DNA of 63,722 nucleotides, counting the filler, from Candidatus Delongbacteria bacterium (GTDB lineage: Bacteria; UBA4055): the NCBI GenBank assembly GCA_016937995.1. It is 6 parts of 6 records of this genome, joined end to end, with 100 filler letters (N's around TTAATTAATTAA, not from the genome) between each part and the next. Parts side by side here need not be neighbours in the genome. Positions count along the whole stretch, not along the records: positions 42,134 to 60,702 come from JAFGVM010000016.1; positions 60,803 to 63,722 come from JAFGVM010000054.1; 4 more parts are not named here. One strand, written 5' to 3'. This document shows, piece by piece, positions 51,408 to 62,157 of the stretch. Made by a program: the position numbers and the translations under genes. Numbering within the stretch: position 1 is the stretch's first letter; each line of letters opens with the position of its first letter. The notes beneath the pieces were generated by a model. That model was not told the origin of the DNA and did no database searches. It saw only the letters and a program-made list of their open reading frames with translations.

Positions 51408-52484
51408 ATGAAGATCATAGGATTGATCGTAACTTTGATTTTTATCTCTAATTTATCTGGGCTTGATAATTTATTAAAAAAATCAGACCTCAGAGTTCCC
51501 AAGATCGATTATGAGCCAAGAACTTATATTTGCCTTCACACAACTGAAAAAATTAATATTGATGGAAAAGGATCAGAAAAAGTCTGGATAAATGCTCAAT
51601 GGACCGATCTGTTCGTTGATATTGAAGGTGATCTAAAACCAAAACCTGAGTTTGATACTAAGGTTAAGATGCTTTGGGATGATAACTTTATGTATTTCTA
51701 TGCTGAAATGGTGGAACCTCATCTGTGGGCGACTTTAACTGAAAGAGATGCTGTGATCTATCATGATAATGATTTTGAGATATTCATTGATCCTGACGGA
51801 GATACTCATAACTATTATGAGCTCGAATTCAATCTGTTTGGAACTCTATGGGATCTATTACTTACGAAACCTTACCGTGACGGTGGTCATGCAATTGATG
51901 CATGGGATGTCAGAGATATTAAGTATGCTTTAAATTTAGACGGAACTTTGAACGATCCGTCTGACATTGATAAAGGTTGGTCTATTGAAGTTGCAATTCC
52001 ATGGAACGTTCTTGAGGAGGCAGCAGGTCATGGTGGGCCACCTGTGAATGGAGAGTATTGGAAAGTTAATTTTTCAAGAGTTCAGTGGGACACAGAGATC
52101 ATTGATGGTAAATACATAAAGAAGAATGATCCGGAACATAACTGGGTCTGGTCTCCTCAGGGATTGATCGCTATGCATTTCCCTGAGATGTGGGGGATCG
52201 TGGATTTTAGAATAGAAAATTTAAAACGACACGCAACTTTCAAGCTTTACGAAAATGAAAAATGGATACTGAGACAGCTTTATTACGGAATGAAATATTA
52301 CAAAGATAAAAACAAAGTTTACCCGCAGAATTTGACTGAGCTGTATTCTTTCATGGGGATTGGAGAATTAGAAGTAATCCCTGAATTGAAACTTACTCAA
52401 TCCATGTTTGAAATAACTTTATCATCAGAAGAAAATACGAAATGGCACATTAATAATAACGGTAAATTATGGATGGGCAAATAA
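51408..52484 (+). CDS. Secreted CBM9-like carbohydrate-binding protein
   Basis: KMLWDD, DNDFEIFIDPDGD, WSIEVAIPW, NWVWSPQG. Confidence 0.85.
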   Translation: MKIIGLIVTLIFISNLSGLDNLLKKSDLRVPKIDYEPRTYICLHTTEKINIDGKGSEKVWINAQWTDLFVDIEGDLKPKPEFDTKVKMLWDDNFMYFYAEMVEPHLWATLTERDAVIYHDNDFEIFIDPDGDTHNYYELEFNLFGTLWDLLLTKPYRDGGHAIDAWDVRDIKYALNLDGTLNDPSDIDKGWSIEVAIPWNVLEEAAGHGGPPVNGEYWKVNFSRVQWDTEIIDGKYIKKNDPEHNWVWSPQGLIAMHFPEMWGIVDFRIENLKRHATFKLYENEKWILRQLYYGMKYYKDKNKVYPQNLTELYSFMGIGELEVIPELKLTQSMFEITLSSEENTKWHINNNGKLWMGK

Positions 52485-53464
52485 TGAAAATATATACGTG
52501 GGTTCATGAAGATAAGACAAAATCAAAAGAACAGTGGAAAGATCATTTCAGTTTTTTGAAAGAAGGTGGCTTTGATACTGTATTCCTTGGTGGAAATATT
52601 GAATTTATAAAAGAAATAGCCCCAATTGCAAAAGAAATTGGGCTTGAAATTCAAGCATGGTTCTGGACTTTGAATGTAAATAATGATGAATTAGTTCAAA
52701 AAGAACATCCTGAATGGTTCAATGTTAGCAGACTTGGGCAAAGCTCTCTGACCGACCCACCATATGTAGATTATTACAAATGGTTATGTCCTTCCAGACC
52801 TGAAGTTACTGAATATATCACTGAAAATATACTGAAAATACTGGAAATTGATTCTATCTCAGGTATTCATTTGGACTATGTAAGACATCCTGATCAGTAT
52901 TTACCTGAAGGATTACTTAAAAATTATGATCTGGAAGATATCTATTATCCTGAATTTGACTTCTGTTACTGCGAAACCTGCAGAGAAAAATTTTTAAAAG
53001 AGACAGGAATAGATATTAAGTCTGAATCGCACATAGAACATGATGATGACTGGTTCGAATTCAGATTAAGATCTGTGATCGATCTTGTAAATCATATCTC
53101 TGAAAAAGTTCGTGAAAAGAACAAAAAGATCACTGCTGCAGTTTTCCCTACTCCTGATATGGCTTCAATAATGGTAAGACAGGACTGGGCAAGATGGAAT
53201 ATTGACGGTGCTTTTCCGATGCTGTATAATAAATTTTATAATGAGGATACTATCTGGATCGGAGACTCTTTAGAAGAATGTATTGAAGATACGAACGGGG
53301 AAATTTCCATTTCTGCAGGTTTGTATCTTCCGGAAATGAAATTATCTGATTTCGCAGACGCTTTAAAATATTCTATCAATTCAGGAGTAGCTGGAATTTC
53401 TTTATTCCCAAGCGATAAAATAACTAAAGAACATTTAGAAGTAAGAAAAACAATTAATAATTAA
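52484..53464 (+). CDS. Glycoside hydrolase-like protein (GHL10/DUF187-type TIM barrel)
   Basis: HPEW, WLCPSRPEV, GIHLDYVR, RQDW. Confidence 0.8.
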   Translation: MKIYTWVHEDKTKSKEQWKDHFSFLKEGGFDTVFLGGNIEFIKEIAPIAKEIGLEIQAWFWTLNVNNDELVQKEHPEWFNVSRLGQSSLTDPPYVDYYKWLCPSRPEVTEYITENILKILEIDSISGIHLDYVRHPDQYLPEGLLKNYDLEDIYYPEFDFCYCETCREKFLKETGIDIKSESHIEHDDDWFEFRLRSVIDLVNHISEKVREKNKKITAAVFPTPDMASIMVRQDWARWNIDGAFPMLYNKFYNEDTIWIGDSLEECIEDTNGEISISAGLYLPEMKLSDFADALKYSINSGVAGISLFPSDKITKEHLEVRKTINN

Positions 53465-53474
53465 TAATGGAAAA

Positions 53475-53504
53475 TGTAGGGGAGGGTTTCTAACCCTCCC
53501 CTCT
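53475..53504 (+). repeat. GTAG-type REP hairpin
   Basis: tgtAGGGGAGGGTT-tct-AACCCTCCCCT. Confidence 0.8.
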
Positions 53505-53522
53505 TTTAAAATGGACAAAACT

Positions 53523-54620
53523 ATGAACAAACAACTCTTAATACAAACAGCTGAAAAATTCTCCACAGCATCAAACTCCAAAGAAATCCTTATAGGATTC
53601 GATGGTTTCATTGATAATATTCTAAGACCGGTGAAAGCGAGAAAAGATCATGAGAATTTTACTCCGATCGATGATATAATTACTTTTTCTGACAGGATCA
53701 GAAGTGCATCAGGTAAAAGCACGAACATCGAGATAGTAAAAGAAAGATCAAGTATGGGTGGGAATGGACCTATCATGGCAAATTCTTTGATCGAACTGGG
53801 AAATACTATGAATTTTATCGGTTCTCTTGGAAATAATGAAATTTTACAGATATTCAGACCTTTTAGCGATAAATGCAACAATGTATTATCATTCTCAGAT
53901 CCGGGAATAACTGATGCTTTTGAAATGAATGACGGAAAAGTAATGTTCAATTACCCTCAAAGTATACTTAACATCAGCTGGGAAATGATCTTAGAAAAAG
54001 TCGGTATTAACACTCTCAGAGAAAACATAGAAAGATCAACTTACCTGGCTTTAGTCAACTGGACTATGATACCAATGATGAACGGGATCTTTAAAGGTCT
54101 ACTAGAAATACTCTCAGAAACTGCTGAAAGGAAAACAATTTATATTGATCTCACTGACCCGAGAAAAAGATCAAGGGAAGACTTAAAAGAATGCTTAGAT
54201 CTTTTGATGCAAATTAATGAGTTTGCAGATGTGATACTCGGACTTAATGAAAGTGAAGCATGTCAAGTGGCTGAAGTTGTTGAAGTGAATACAGAATATC
54301 AAGATATCAAAGAACTCGCTGAGAATATTCTTACTGCAATTAAGATCAAAGCTATTGTCATTCATAGTATCAAGCAGGCATCTGTTGCCACAGAAGAAAA
54401 TTCTTTCATAGTTGATGGACCTTATACTCCAAATCCTAAACTTTCCACTGGAGCAGGTGATATCTTCAATGCAGGTTTCTATGGAGGGTATATGACAGGA
54501 TTAAAACTTGATGAATGTCTTATCACAGGTGTCTGCAATTCCGGATTCTATGTCCGCAACGAACGACCGGCAACAAAGAATGAACTCATTGAGTTCATTA
54601 AAAAAATTATAACGATTTAA
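53523..54620 (+). CDS. PfkB/ribokinase-family carbohydrate kinase
   Basis: [27 protein letters not shown]. Confidence 0.85.
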   Translation: MNKQLLIQTAEKFSTASNSKEILIGFDGFIDNILRPVKARKDHENFTPIDDIITFSDRIRSASGKSTNIEIVKERSSMGGNGPIMANSLIELGNTMNFIGSLGNNEILQIFRPFSDKCNNVLSFSDPGITDAFEMNDGKVMFNYPQSILNISWEMILEKVGINTLRENIERSTYLALVNWTMIPMMNGIFKGLLEILSETAERKTIYIDLTDPRKRSREDLKECLDLLMQINEFADVILGLNESEACQVAEVVEVNTEYQDIKELAENILTAIKIKAIVIHSIKQASVATEENSFIVDGPYTPNPKLSTGAGDIFNAGFYGGYMTGLKLDECLITGVCNSGFYVRNERPATKNELIEFIKKIITI

Positions 54621-54626
54621 AGAACA

Positions 54627-54701
54627 GTCATTGCGAACACAATGTGTGTGGCAATCTAGACCACATATAGATTGCTTCGTCATTTTATTCCTCGCAATGA
54701 C
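54627..54701. repeat. Palindromic repeat of GTCATTGCGA...GCAATCT/AGATTGC...TCGCAATGAC type
   Basis: Nested inverted repeats read directly. Confidence 0.8.
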
Positions 54702-54714
54702 AAAAGGAGAATAC

Positions 54715-55683
54715 ATGGCAGAAATAATATCAAATCCATTACCAAATATCCCCTGGGAAGAAAAACCACAAAACTACAACGGACAGGTATGGCGTTACAG
54801 TCAAAACCCAATAATCCCGAGAGATCTTTTAAAAAAATCTAACAGTATCTTCAATAGTGCGGCTGTCCCTTTCAAAGATGGATTTGCTGGAGTGTTTCGT
54901 TGCGACAACAGACAGAGACAGATGAGAATACATACAGGATTTTCAAAGAACGGGATTGACTGGAGTATCGAAGAAGAACCTATCAAATTCATCTCAAATG
55001 ACCCGGAGATCGGAAAATTTGAATATGCTTATGATCCCAGAGTAACTAAGATAGAAGACAAATATTATGTGACCTGGTGTAACGGATATCACGGACCGAC
55101 TATCGGAGTTGCATGGACTACAGATTTTAAAGAATATCATCAGCTTGAAAATGCTTTTTTACCATATAACAGAAATGGTGTTTTATTCCCAAAGAAGATC
55201 AATGGAAACTATGCAATGGTGTCACGCCCAAGTGATACTGGGCATACTGCTTTCGGAGATATTTTCTACAGTGAAAGTCCTGATCTTGTTTACTGGGGGA
55301 AACACAGGCACGTAATGTCACCGATCAGAGATGGATGGCAAAGTACAAAGATCGGTCCCGGACCTGTTCCAATCGAAACTTCTGAAGGCTGGTTAATGAT
55401 CTATCACGGAGTTCTTACATCATGCAACGGATTTGTATATCATATGGGTGTTGCTTTACTTGATCTTAACGAACCATGGAAAGTAATAAAACGATCAAAA
55501 AAATACATCTTAGCACCTTGGGAAATCTATGAATGTGTGGGAGATGTACCTAACGTTGTTTTCCCTTGTGCTGCTTTAACTGACTCTGAAACAGGCAGGA
55601 TCGCGATCTATTACGGATGTGCTGATACCGTCACAGGACTAGCTTTCACAACTGTTGATGAATTAATGAATGCGATGGAATAA
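54715..55683 (+). CDS. GH130 beta-1,4-mannoside phosphorylase
   Basis: [51 protein letters not shown] before ATG 54715. Confidence 0.93.
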   Translation: MAEIISNPLPNIPWEEKPQNYNGQVWRYSQNPIIPRDLLKKSNSIFNSAAVPFKDGFAGVFRCDNRQRQMRIHTGFSKNGIDWSIEEEPIKFISNDPEIGKFEYAYDPRVTKIEDKYYVTWCNGYHGPTIGVAWTTDFKEYHQLENAFLPYNRNGVLFPKKINGNYAMVSRPSDTGHTAFGDIFYSESPDLVYWGKHRHVMSPIRDGWQSTKIGPGPVPIETSEGWLMIYHGVLTSCNGFVYHMGVALLDLNEPWKVIKRSKKYILAPWEIYECVGDVPNVVFPCAALTDSETGRIAIYYGCADTVTGLAFTTVDELMNAME

Positions 55684-55763
55684 CTTTTTTGTATTGCAAA
55701 TACATTTACAAATTATTAAGTTGTTAAATAACATACACTATCGATAAAAATATTGGAGCATAA

Positions 55764-56480
55764 ATGAAGATAAGAGCTTTAATCTTAATAATTATAGTTG
55801 GATTACTTAACTTTGGGTGTACGGATACTGATTCTGATCCAACTCAACCTCTTGATATTTGAATCATTGTTCTACAACCTTGTGAAAGTGATACTTTTTT
55901 GACTGAAACTAATTTTACTGTAGTTACCCAACTATCTGGAAGTACTTCAAATTATTCTCGTATTAATTATTATCTTGGTAAAGATAGTATTCCTGTTGTT
56001 GTTATTGATAATGATGAACTCGATTCCTTGGTAGAAGATTCTCAATTTACTGTTACAGTAAATACTATTGGTTATGTTGAAGGGGATTATGACCTTATCG
56101 TTGAAACTATTGCAACAGACCAAACTACAGAAACTGTTACAGTACCAATATATCTAATATTACCTTATCATCCACCCCTATGGATTGATTTTGATATCCT
56201 AACACCTGATGATAGTTCAGAGTTCACTGTTGGGGACACGATAAATTTTGAAGTTGCGATAATGGGTTATGCGACAAGCTTTATACAATTTGAAGCTTTT
56301 ATAGATTCATCTAATGTTCCATTCTATGAGACACCAACTTTTGATGATTCTTTAATATTTAATTGTCTTACTGACAGTTTATCTGTAGGAATTCATAGCA
56401 TTAAATTTGAATTAAAGGACATATATTCTGATATAAGAGAAAAAAGGTTTAACTTTAGCCTTATTGACAGTATTAAATAA
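55764..56480 (+). pseudogene. Lipoprotein paralogous to the N-terminal third of 45864-48059, with in-frame TGA at 55860-55862
   Basis: GGAG RBS, MKIRALILIIIVGLLNFGC lipobox, TGA at codon 33, same frame continues into ORF 55899-56480. Confidence 0.75.
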
Positions 56481-56488
56481 AAATTCAA

Positions 56489-56635
56489 GACTGATCAAAA
56501 ACGAGTTATTCAAGGAGAATTCTGATTTTGAGATCTGGAGCTTAGATGACCTAAGTGACAGAATCATAAATCGGTATTCGACGCAGAAGAACGAAGTTTT
56601 TCAGCAGTCGAAAGACGAAGTTTTTCAGCAGTCGA
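56489..56635. mobile_element. MITE-like element with imperfect terminal inverted repeats and duplicated right end
   Basis: GACTGATCAAAAAC ... GTTTTTCAGCAGTC; ACGAAGTTTTTCAGCAGTCGA present at 56591 and 56615. Confidence 0.55.
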
Positions 56636-58051
56636 CTACGGCATTGTGCACATGTCTTTGAAATTAAGCAATGCATATGGATCAATTTTAAACCCATCCC
56701 ACTCAGGTACATATATCTCCTCATTCTCCATTGATTCTAATACAGCTTCAAGTTCCATTTTCTTAACAACACCTAGTATTTTTTTGATCGTATCAAAATA
56801 ATGCCTTGATTCACACCTAGAGAAAATATCAAATGGTCTGTCTGGAAAGGTCATATGTACAAGTGACTCCGGGAACCATCCCTGCTGATGTCCGAATCTT
56901 AGAGATTGTACACAGTTCACTATGTATAGTATAAAATCGGTCTGAAGTACTTCATTAAAAGTGACATAATCCGATCTTGAGTGTTTCATCAAAATATCTG
57001 CATGAAGGGATTTCCTCCCCAGTTTCAACCTTTCGTTTCTGTAGACAAAACTGCTTAAATGATTATGGAATATCTCAAATCCCTGAAGTTGTTCAAACCC
57101 GAGATTATCTTTTTCGATATAATATCTGTCCTGGATCAGATCTTCAATGAGATCATATCTGTCATGTTTCATTAATGCTGCGATACAATATAAGAACAAT
57201 TCATGGATAAAAAATTTAAATATATCCAGACCGCATGGATGTTTATATTCGTAACCTTCCGGGAAAACCAGATATTTAGTTAAAGACTGAAAGAAATCAT
57301 GCATTCTTTTGCCAATGAAATCATCGAACATATACTGCCCTATCATATATACAAGCTCAACAAATTCATTCTTATATATAAAATACTCATCACCCGAGCT
57401 GAATATCTTTTCATCATATTCTTCATCATTTTCATCAAGATCTATCCTGAATTTTTCAAGGTTCTTTGAAAATACATTAAAATATTCTGTTACTAGTCCA
57501 ATAGCATTCGGACGTCCCTCTTTGATTGCCTTTTTTGCTGAGATATAAAGATCCGTCGTTTCAAGAGAGAATTTCTCATCTTCACTGAAACTTAAAGCCT
57601 CTCCGAAATTGGGTTTCACATAAATAGGTCTGTCATGGATCCAACGTAAAAGCTTTTCCATGTTTTTGCTGAAAGTACCCTCGTCTGACAGATCTATGTA
57701 CGATCTAAGTTTATAAAATTCAGGGATATATGGGTTGCCGTATTCATCCTTCTCAGAGAAAACAACTATGAATTTATTATTGTCAATTTTATTATAAAGC
57801 TCTTCAGAGATAATTTGAGCACCTTTGTCAGTTAAATATCTTTTACTGCAGATTATTAAAACTTTGTCTGTTTCAACATCCGTAACAGAATCTTCAATAA
57901 ATACTTTGGCATCATCACTTTCTTTCAGATCGTATTTATCAAATATAACATCCACATTTGAATCAACCAGTTTTTCAGCCAGTGCCTCTACCCAGTTATC
58001 ATGCTTGGGTGTTTCCCAGTTGTATGAAATGAATACTTTCGGTCTTATCAT
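56636..58051 (-). CDS. TIR/SEFIR-domain protein
   Basis: KVFISYNW, VDVIFDKYDL, DKVLIIC, YIDLSD. Confidence 0.85.
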   Translation of the reverse strand: MIRPKVFISYNWETPKHDNWVEALAEKLVDSNVDVIFDKYDLKESDDAKVFIEDSVTDVETDKVLIICSKRYLTDKGAQIISEELYNKIDNNKFIVVFSEKDEYGNPYIPEFYKLRSYIDLSDEGTFSKNMEKLLRWIHDRPIYVKPNFGEALSFSEDEKFSLETTDLYISAKKAIKEGRPNAIGLVTEYFNVFSKNLEKFRIDLDENDEEYDEKIFSSGDEYFIYKNEFVELVYMIGQYMFDDFIGKRMHDFFQSLTKYLVFPEGYEYKHPCGLDIFKFFIHELFLYCIAALMKHDRYDLIEDLIQDRYYIEKDNLGFEQLQGFEIFHNHLSSFVYRNERLKLGRKSLHADILMKHSRSDYVTFNEVLQTDFILYIVNCVQSLRFGHQQGWFPESLVHMTFPDRPFDIFSRCESRHYFDTIKKILGVVKKMELEAVLESMENEEIYVPEWDGFKIDPYALLNFKDMCTMP

Positions 58052-58115
58052 TTAATTTCTCCAGTATAAACTTTTTACATTTTTAAAATATAAAGATAAT
58101 AAACACTGTTAGCAA

Positions 58116-58204
58116 GGGCAGGGGCGAATAATAATTCGCCCGTTTTTTGTGTATCATTTAAATAAAATTGTTACAAAGGGCATATTGTGATACGCCCCTG
58201 CCCC
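58116..58204. repeat. Inverted pair of REP-like hairpins (GCAGGGGCG...)
   Basis: gggcaggggcgaat...attcgccc and gggcatat...atacgcccctgccc. Confidence 0.7.
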
Positions 58205-59488
58205 TTATCTATGATTCGGATATTTTTTCATTGAATAGAACATGTAGAATATCGATATGAAAATAAAAACTGCTGCAAGCATGAATGTATTGAAATAACC
58301 TATATACAGATATATACCTACTCCTATCAGAGGAGCAAATGCCCCCCTTACTCCAGTCAGAGTAATATGGATCGACTGATATGTGCTCACATCATCATTG
58401 ATGCAGAAATATGCACTTCCTATATTCCACAAAAGAAGCATCATAGCAAAAAATACAGCTAAAAATGTATGTGCGATCAAAAGAGAATAATAAAATGTCA
58501 TATTCATTAAATTAAAATTTGCCGACCAGTATTCTGTGATACCGAGAAAAATCAAAAATAGCATAAGGGACAGAAATGTAAAGATCGCAAACTTTCTCGG
58601 ATCTGTTTTTCCTATGTATCTTCCCATGAACGGTAGTATTATGAGCGATAATAAAGTAGCCTGATTTTTATAGAATGCTACTGATGAATAGTTCAGATGA
58701 AGAACATCTTCAAAAAATATCGTCATAACAGGCCATGCTATCATGAAAGACAAACCATAGAACATGAACCCTACTTCAAAATCTCTGTATGGTTTATTCT
58801 GCTTAATCACTGATGTCATACTTGAAATAGATCCTGCCAGGCTTTTCATCATTGTCGTTTTGTTCTCAGCAGGTTTATCTCTATATGGTATCCTCAGAAA
58901 AATATATCCGCCTATTATGCTCAGTATCGCAGTAACAGGATAAATGTATCTGAAAGAATAATTGTCGAAGTCCAGTAATGATCCAATGATGAAAACAGTA
59001 GCAACAACGGTTAATTTGTTGATAGTTGCAACCCGGCTGTAAATATCCCCGAAATTTTTCTCGGAATAACTTTGTCTCAGGATCATGTTCATTAAAGGCA
59101 TCATCAAAGGTTTTGTGAGTGAATAGGCAAGATATATACCTATGAAAAAATAATGGAAGAATATCTCACCCTTAGTTGCGGAAGTAAAGAATATCAGTAG
59201 AAACAGCGGAAGTTTTGTTGCCCAGATCGAGATCCTGTAAAGTTTCTTTTTATCATCTGTTCTTTTTATCAGCTGGTTGAATATAACAGAGAAAAGCATT
59301 ACGATCAGGCTCACCTGTAAGATCACACCCACAAGAACTGATGGTCCGTCAAGACTTTTAATGAATACAAATTCATTTAAGGATATCGCACCCACAGAAA
59401 ATGCTTCAAATATCTCTGCCCAGAGATGCAACTTGAATGCTACTTTTTCCCTTCTGTAAAGACCTATTGTACTCAGCAAACCTGCCAA
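58205..59488 (-). CDS. MFS transporter
   Basis: About 12 hydrophobic segments, GRYIGKTDPRK loop; TTG start with GGAG RBS. Confidence 0.8.
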   Translation of the reverse strand: MAGLLSTIGLYRREKVAFKLHLWAEIFEAFSVGAISLNEFVFIKSLDGPSVLVGVILQVSLIVMLFSVIFNQLIKRTDDKKKLYRISIWATKLPLFLLIFFTSATKGEIFFHYFFIGIYLAYSLTKPLMMPLMNMILRQSYSEKNFGDIYSRVATINKLTVVATVFIIGSLLDFDNYSFRYIYPVTAILSIIGGYIFLRIPYRDKPAENKTTMMKSLAGSISSMTSVIKQNKPYRDFEVGFMFYGLSFMIAWPVMTIFFEDVLHLNYSSVAFYKNQATLLSLIILPFMGRYIGKTDPRKFAIFTFLSLMLFLIFLGITEYWSANFNLMNMTFYYSLLIAHTFLAVFFAMMLLLWNIGSAYFCINDDVSTYQSIHITLTGVRGAFAPLIGVGIYLYIGYFNTFMLAAVFIFISIFYMFYSMKKYPNHR

Positions 59489-59547
59489 TTCTACTCCGTA
59501 AATGATTACGCATAAATATAATCAAAATATCAAAATTGGCAACATTA

Positions 59548-59632
59548 AGTTAGAAGTCAGAAATTAGAAATTAGAGGATAATAATTATCCCAACGGGATA
59601 CAAACCCTATAACCACAGGTTTAAACCTGTGG
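59548..59632. repeat. REP-like element with heptamer leader (copy 3 of 3)
   Basis: aagttag aagtcag aaattag aaattag ... ccacaggtttaaacctgtgg. Confidence 0.85.
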
Positions 59633-59784
59633 AACAACCCCTATATCAAGTCCGAGTATGACAACCTTCGTGTCTACGTGCCTTTGTGAGAACCCTAAAA
59701 TTCTTTTTTATTATACTTGAAATTCCTATACAATTTCCTTTATTCTTAGTATGTGAAATTTCACGAAATAATTTCGGGTAAAAT

Positions 59785-60702
59785 ATGGCTAAGGTAACTT
59801 TAAAAGATGTGATGAAAATATACGACGGTGGAAATATCGCCGTAAAGGATTTTAATCTTGAGATCAAAGATAAGGAATTCATGGTTTTCGTTGGTCCTTC
59901 AGGTTGTGGAAAATCGACAACTCTGAGAATGATCGCAGGACTCGAAGAGATCACTGAGGGAGATATTTATATCGGTGACAGAGTGGTCAATGATGTGCTT
60001 CCGAAGGATAGGGATATTGCAATGGTATTTCAGAACTATGCTTTGTATCCTCAGATGACAGTATTCGAAAATATGGCATTCGGTCTTAAACTGAGAAAAT
60101 ATTCAAAGAAAGATATAATTGATTCTGTTCAGAAAGCTGCTGAGATACTTGGGATCGAAGAGCTGTTGAAAAGGAGACCGAAAGCTTTATCTGGTGGTCA
60201 GAGGCAGAGAGTTGCTGTTGGTAGAGCTATTGTAAGAAAACCTAAGGTGTTTCTTTTTGATGAACCGTTATCCAACCTTGATGCAAAGCTCAGAACTCAG
60301 ATGAGAACCGAGATCAAAAGACTTCATAACAGACTTGATGCTACAATGGTTTATGTTACACACGACCAGACAGAAGCTATGACAATGGGTGACCGTATAG
60401 TTGTAATGAAGGATGGACTTATTCAGCAGGTCGATGATCCTTTGACTTTATATAATAAACCTGTAAATAAATTCGTGGCAGGATTTATCGGTATGCCTCA
60501 GATGAATTTCTTTGATGGTATTTATGAAAATTCTGTATTCAAAAGTAAAGATGGTATCAATATTGAACTAGGAAATAAAAAAATAGAGAACGGAAAAAAT
60601 ATCATTCTGGGCATTAGACCTGAGGACATTGGATCACTTACAGCAAGACAGAATGAAAATAATCCTGTTATCAAAGGAAAGATCGAAGTAATTGAACCTC
60701 TC
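59785..60702 (+). CDS. Sugar ABC transporter ATPase (MalK/MsmX/UgpC family), truncated by contig end
   Basis: [38 protein letters not shown]. Confidence 0.95.
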
Positions 60703-60802
60703 NNNNNNNNNNNNNNNNNNNNNNNNNNNNNNNNNNNNNNNNNNNNTTAATTAATTAANNNNNNNNNNNNNNNNNNNNNNNNNNNNNNNNNNNNNNNNNN
60801 NN
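60703..60802. other. Artificial contig linker
   Basis: N44-TTAATTAATTAA-N44. Confidence 0.99.
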
Positions 60803-61980
60803 CGTTCAGTCAGTCCCACTATTGTCTGAGCATTAACAAAATATTTCAACTTTGCTGCACCGTCTATACGAAGTCTTGGAGAGATCAGATAATCTTCTGT
60901 TTCGTATACACCAAAGTTGGATTGAGATGCAGAAGTAATAGAGTATAAACCACTGTGAACGTTCTGTCCCGGCTCATCTACTGTCCAGTCATGGTCCCAG
61001 GATGTAACAAAGTCATCCATAAGTACAGAGTAAACATTCCACCCTTCTGGTAGATCTCCGCTTTCAAACCCTTCTTCGAATGGTATTTCTCCCCATTCAG
61101 CAAAAAAATGATCAGTTGAACCAACAATTGCCAACTCTGAATTATCAGTTGATTCGAACCAATACTCCATAAAAGTACCCATTGGCTGACCTGTCATAGT
61201 ACAAATATAAGTGTCTATATAGTTCGCGTCAGGGTTAACTTCCATCAAGATGGTCTCTTCTGGCTGATAAGCAACTCCATCATTTAAGATGTAATGCATC
61301 CTTACTTCCATTCCTACAAAATTCCATGATTCATCGTACATAGATCTATCGTAAGGTGCTATTCTCATATCCAGATCAGCCCATGGCATAACCACACCTT
61401 CGTATATATTGGTCCAGCCGCCTTGCTCAAAATAATAACTTGGTTCAGTAATAACTGAAAATTCATCCATCAGTAATGCACCCTGACCATCTGAATCGAA
61501 ATGTCTGATCGCAACATACATAGTCGCGTCATATTGATACATGTCGAAAAAAGGCATCATATCAATGTCAATCTCTTTCCAGTCTGATGATGTTAACGTT
61601 TCTTCATAAACCGGGAAAAATGAAGCAGTATCAGTGTCTGTGTAAGACACTAAAATTTGAAAATTTTCTGCATAATTTACCGGATCAACCGCTCCTACCC
61701 ACATTTTGACATGAGGATAGTTAAAATCATCATATCTTTCTGAATAGTTCTGAGGTGATATCAACCAGTTGTCAGGAGTTAATCCGCTACTGACCGACTG
61801 TACCGCGTATGTCCCTGCGTAAGGGTTTGTTGTAGTGATCTCCCAGTTGTTGGTATCACCATCCGCATCCACTAAAACTGTTCCGTCAAGATTTCCATCT
61901 TCAAAATCTCCATAGATCCAGGTTTCAGCATAAGTACATATAGCTACTAAGATAAAAATCAACAGAGCTACTTTTTTCAT
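60803..61980 (-). CDS. Secreted protein with cleaved-adhesin (choice-of-anchor J-like) domains, truncated
   Basis: Signal peptide; DADGD..NW, TPDNWLISP, YVAIRH, second repeat EDYLISP. Confidence 0.8.
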
Positions 61981-62157
61981 AAACTTTCTCCTATAGTATT
62001 TTTGTAAAGTAATAACACTTGTCGCTTACACGCTAAGAATTTCAATATATCTCTCATAACAGGTTTGCGCAACAAAAAAAAATAAAATTATGACATAAAG
62101 CATAGCTAAATTTCTATTTATACGTTATATAATGGTTTTGCGGAACCTTGAAAGTGC

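Noticed and set aside
54631..54714. N-terminal extension of the GH130 ORF
   Set aside because: It is the palindromic repeat read in frame; the RBS supports ATG 54715.
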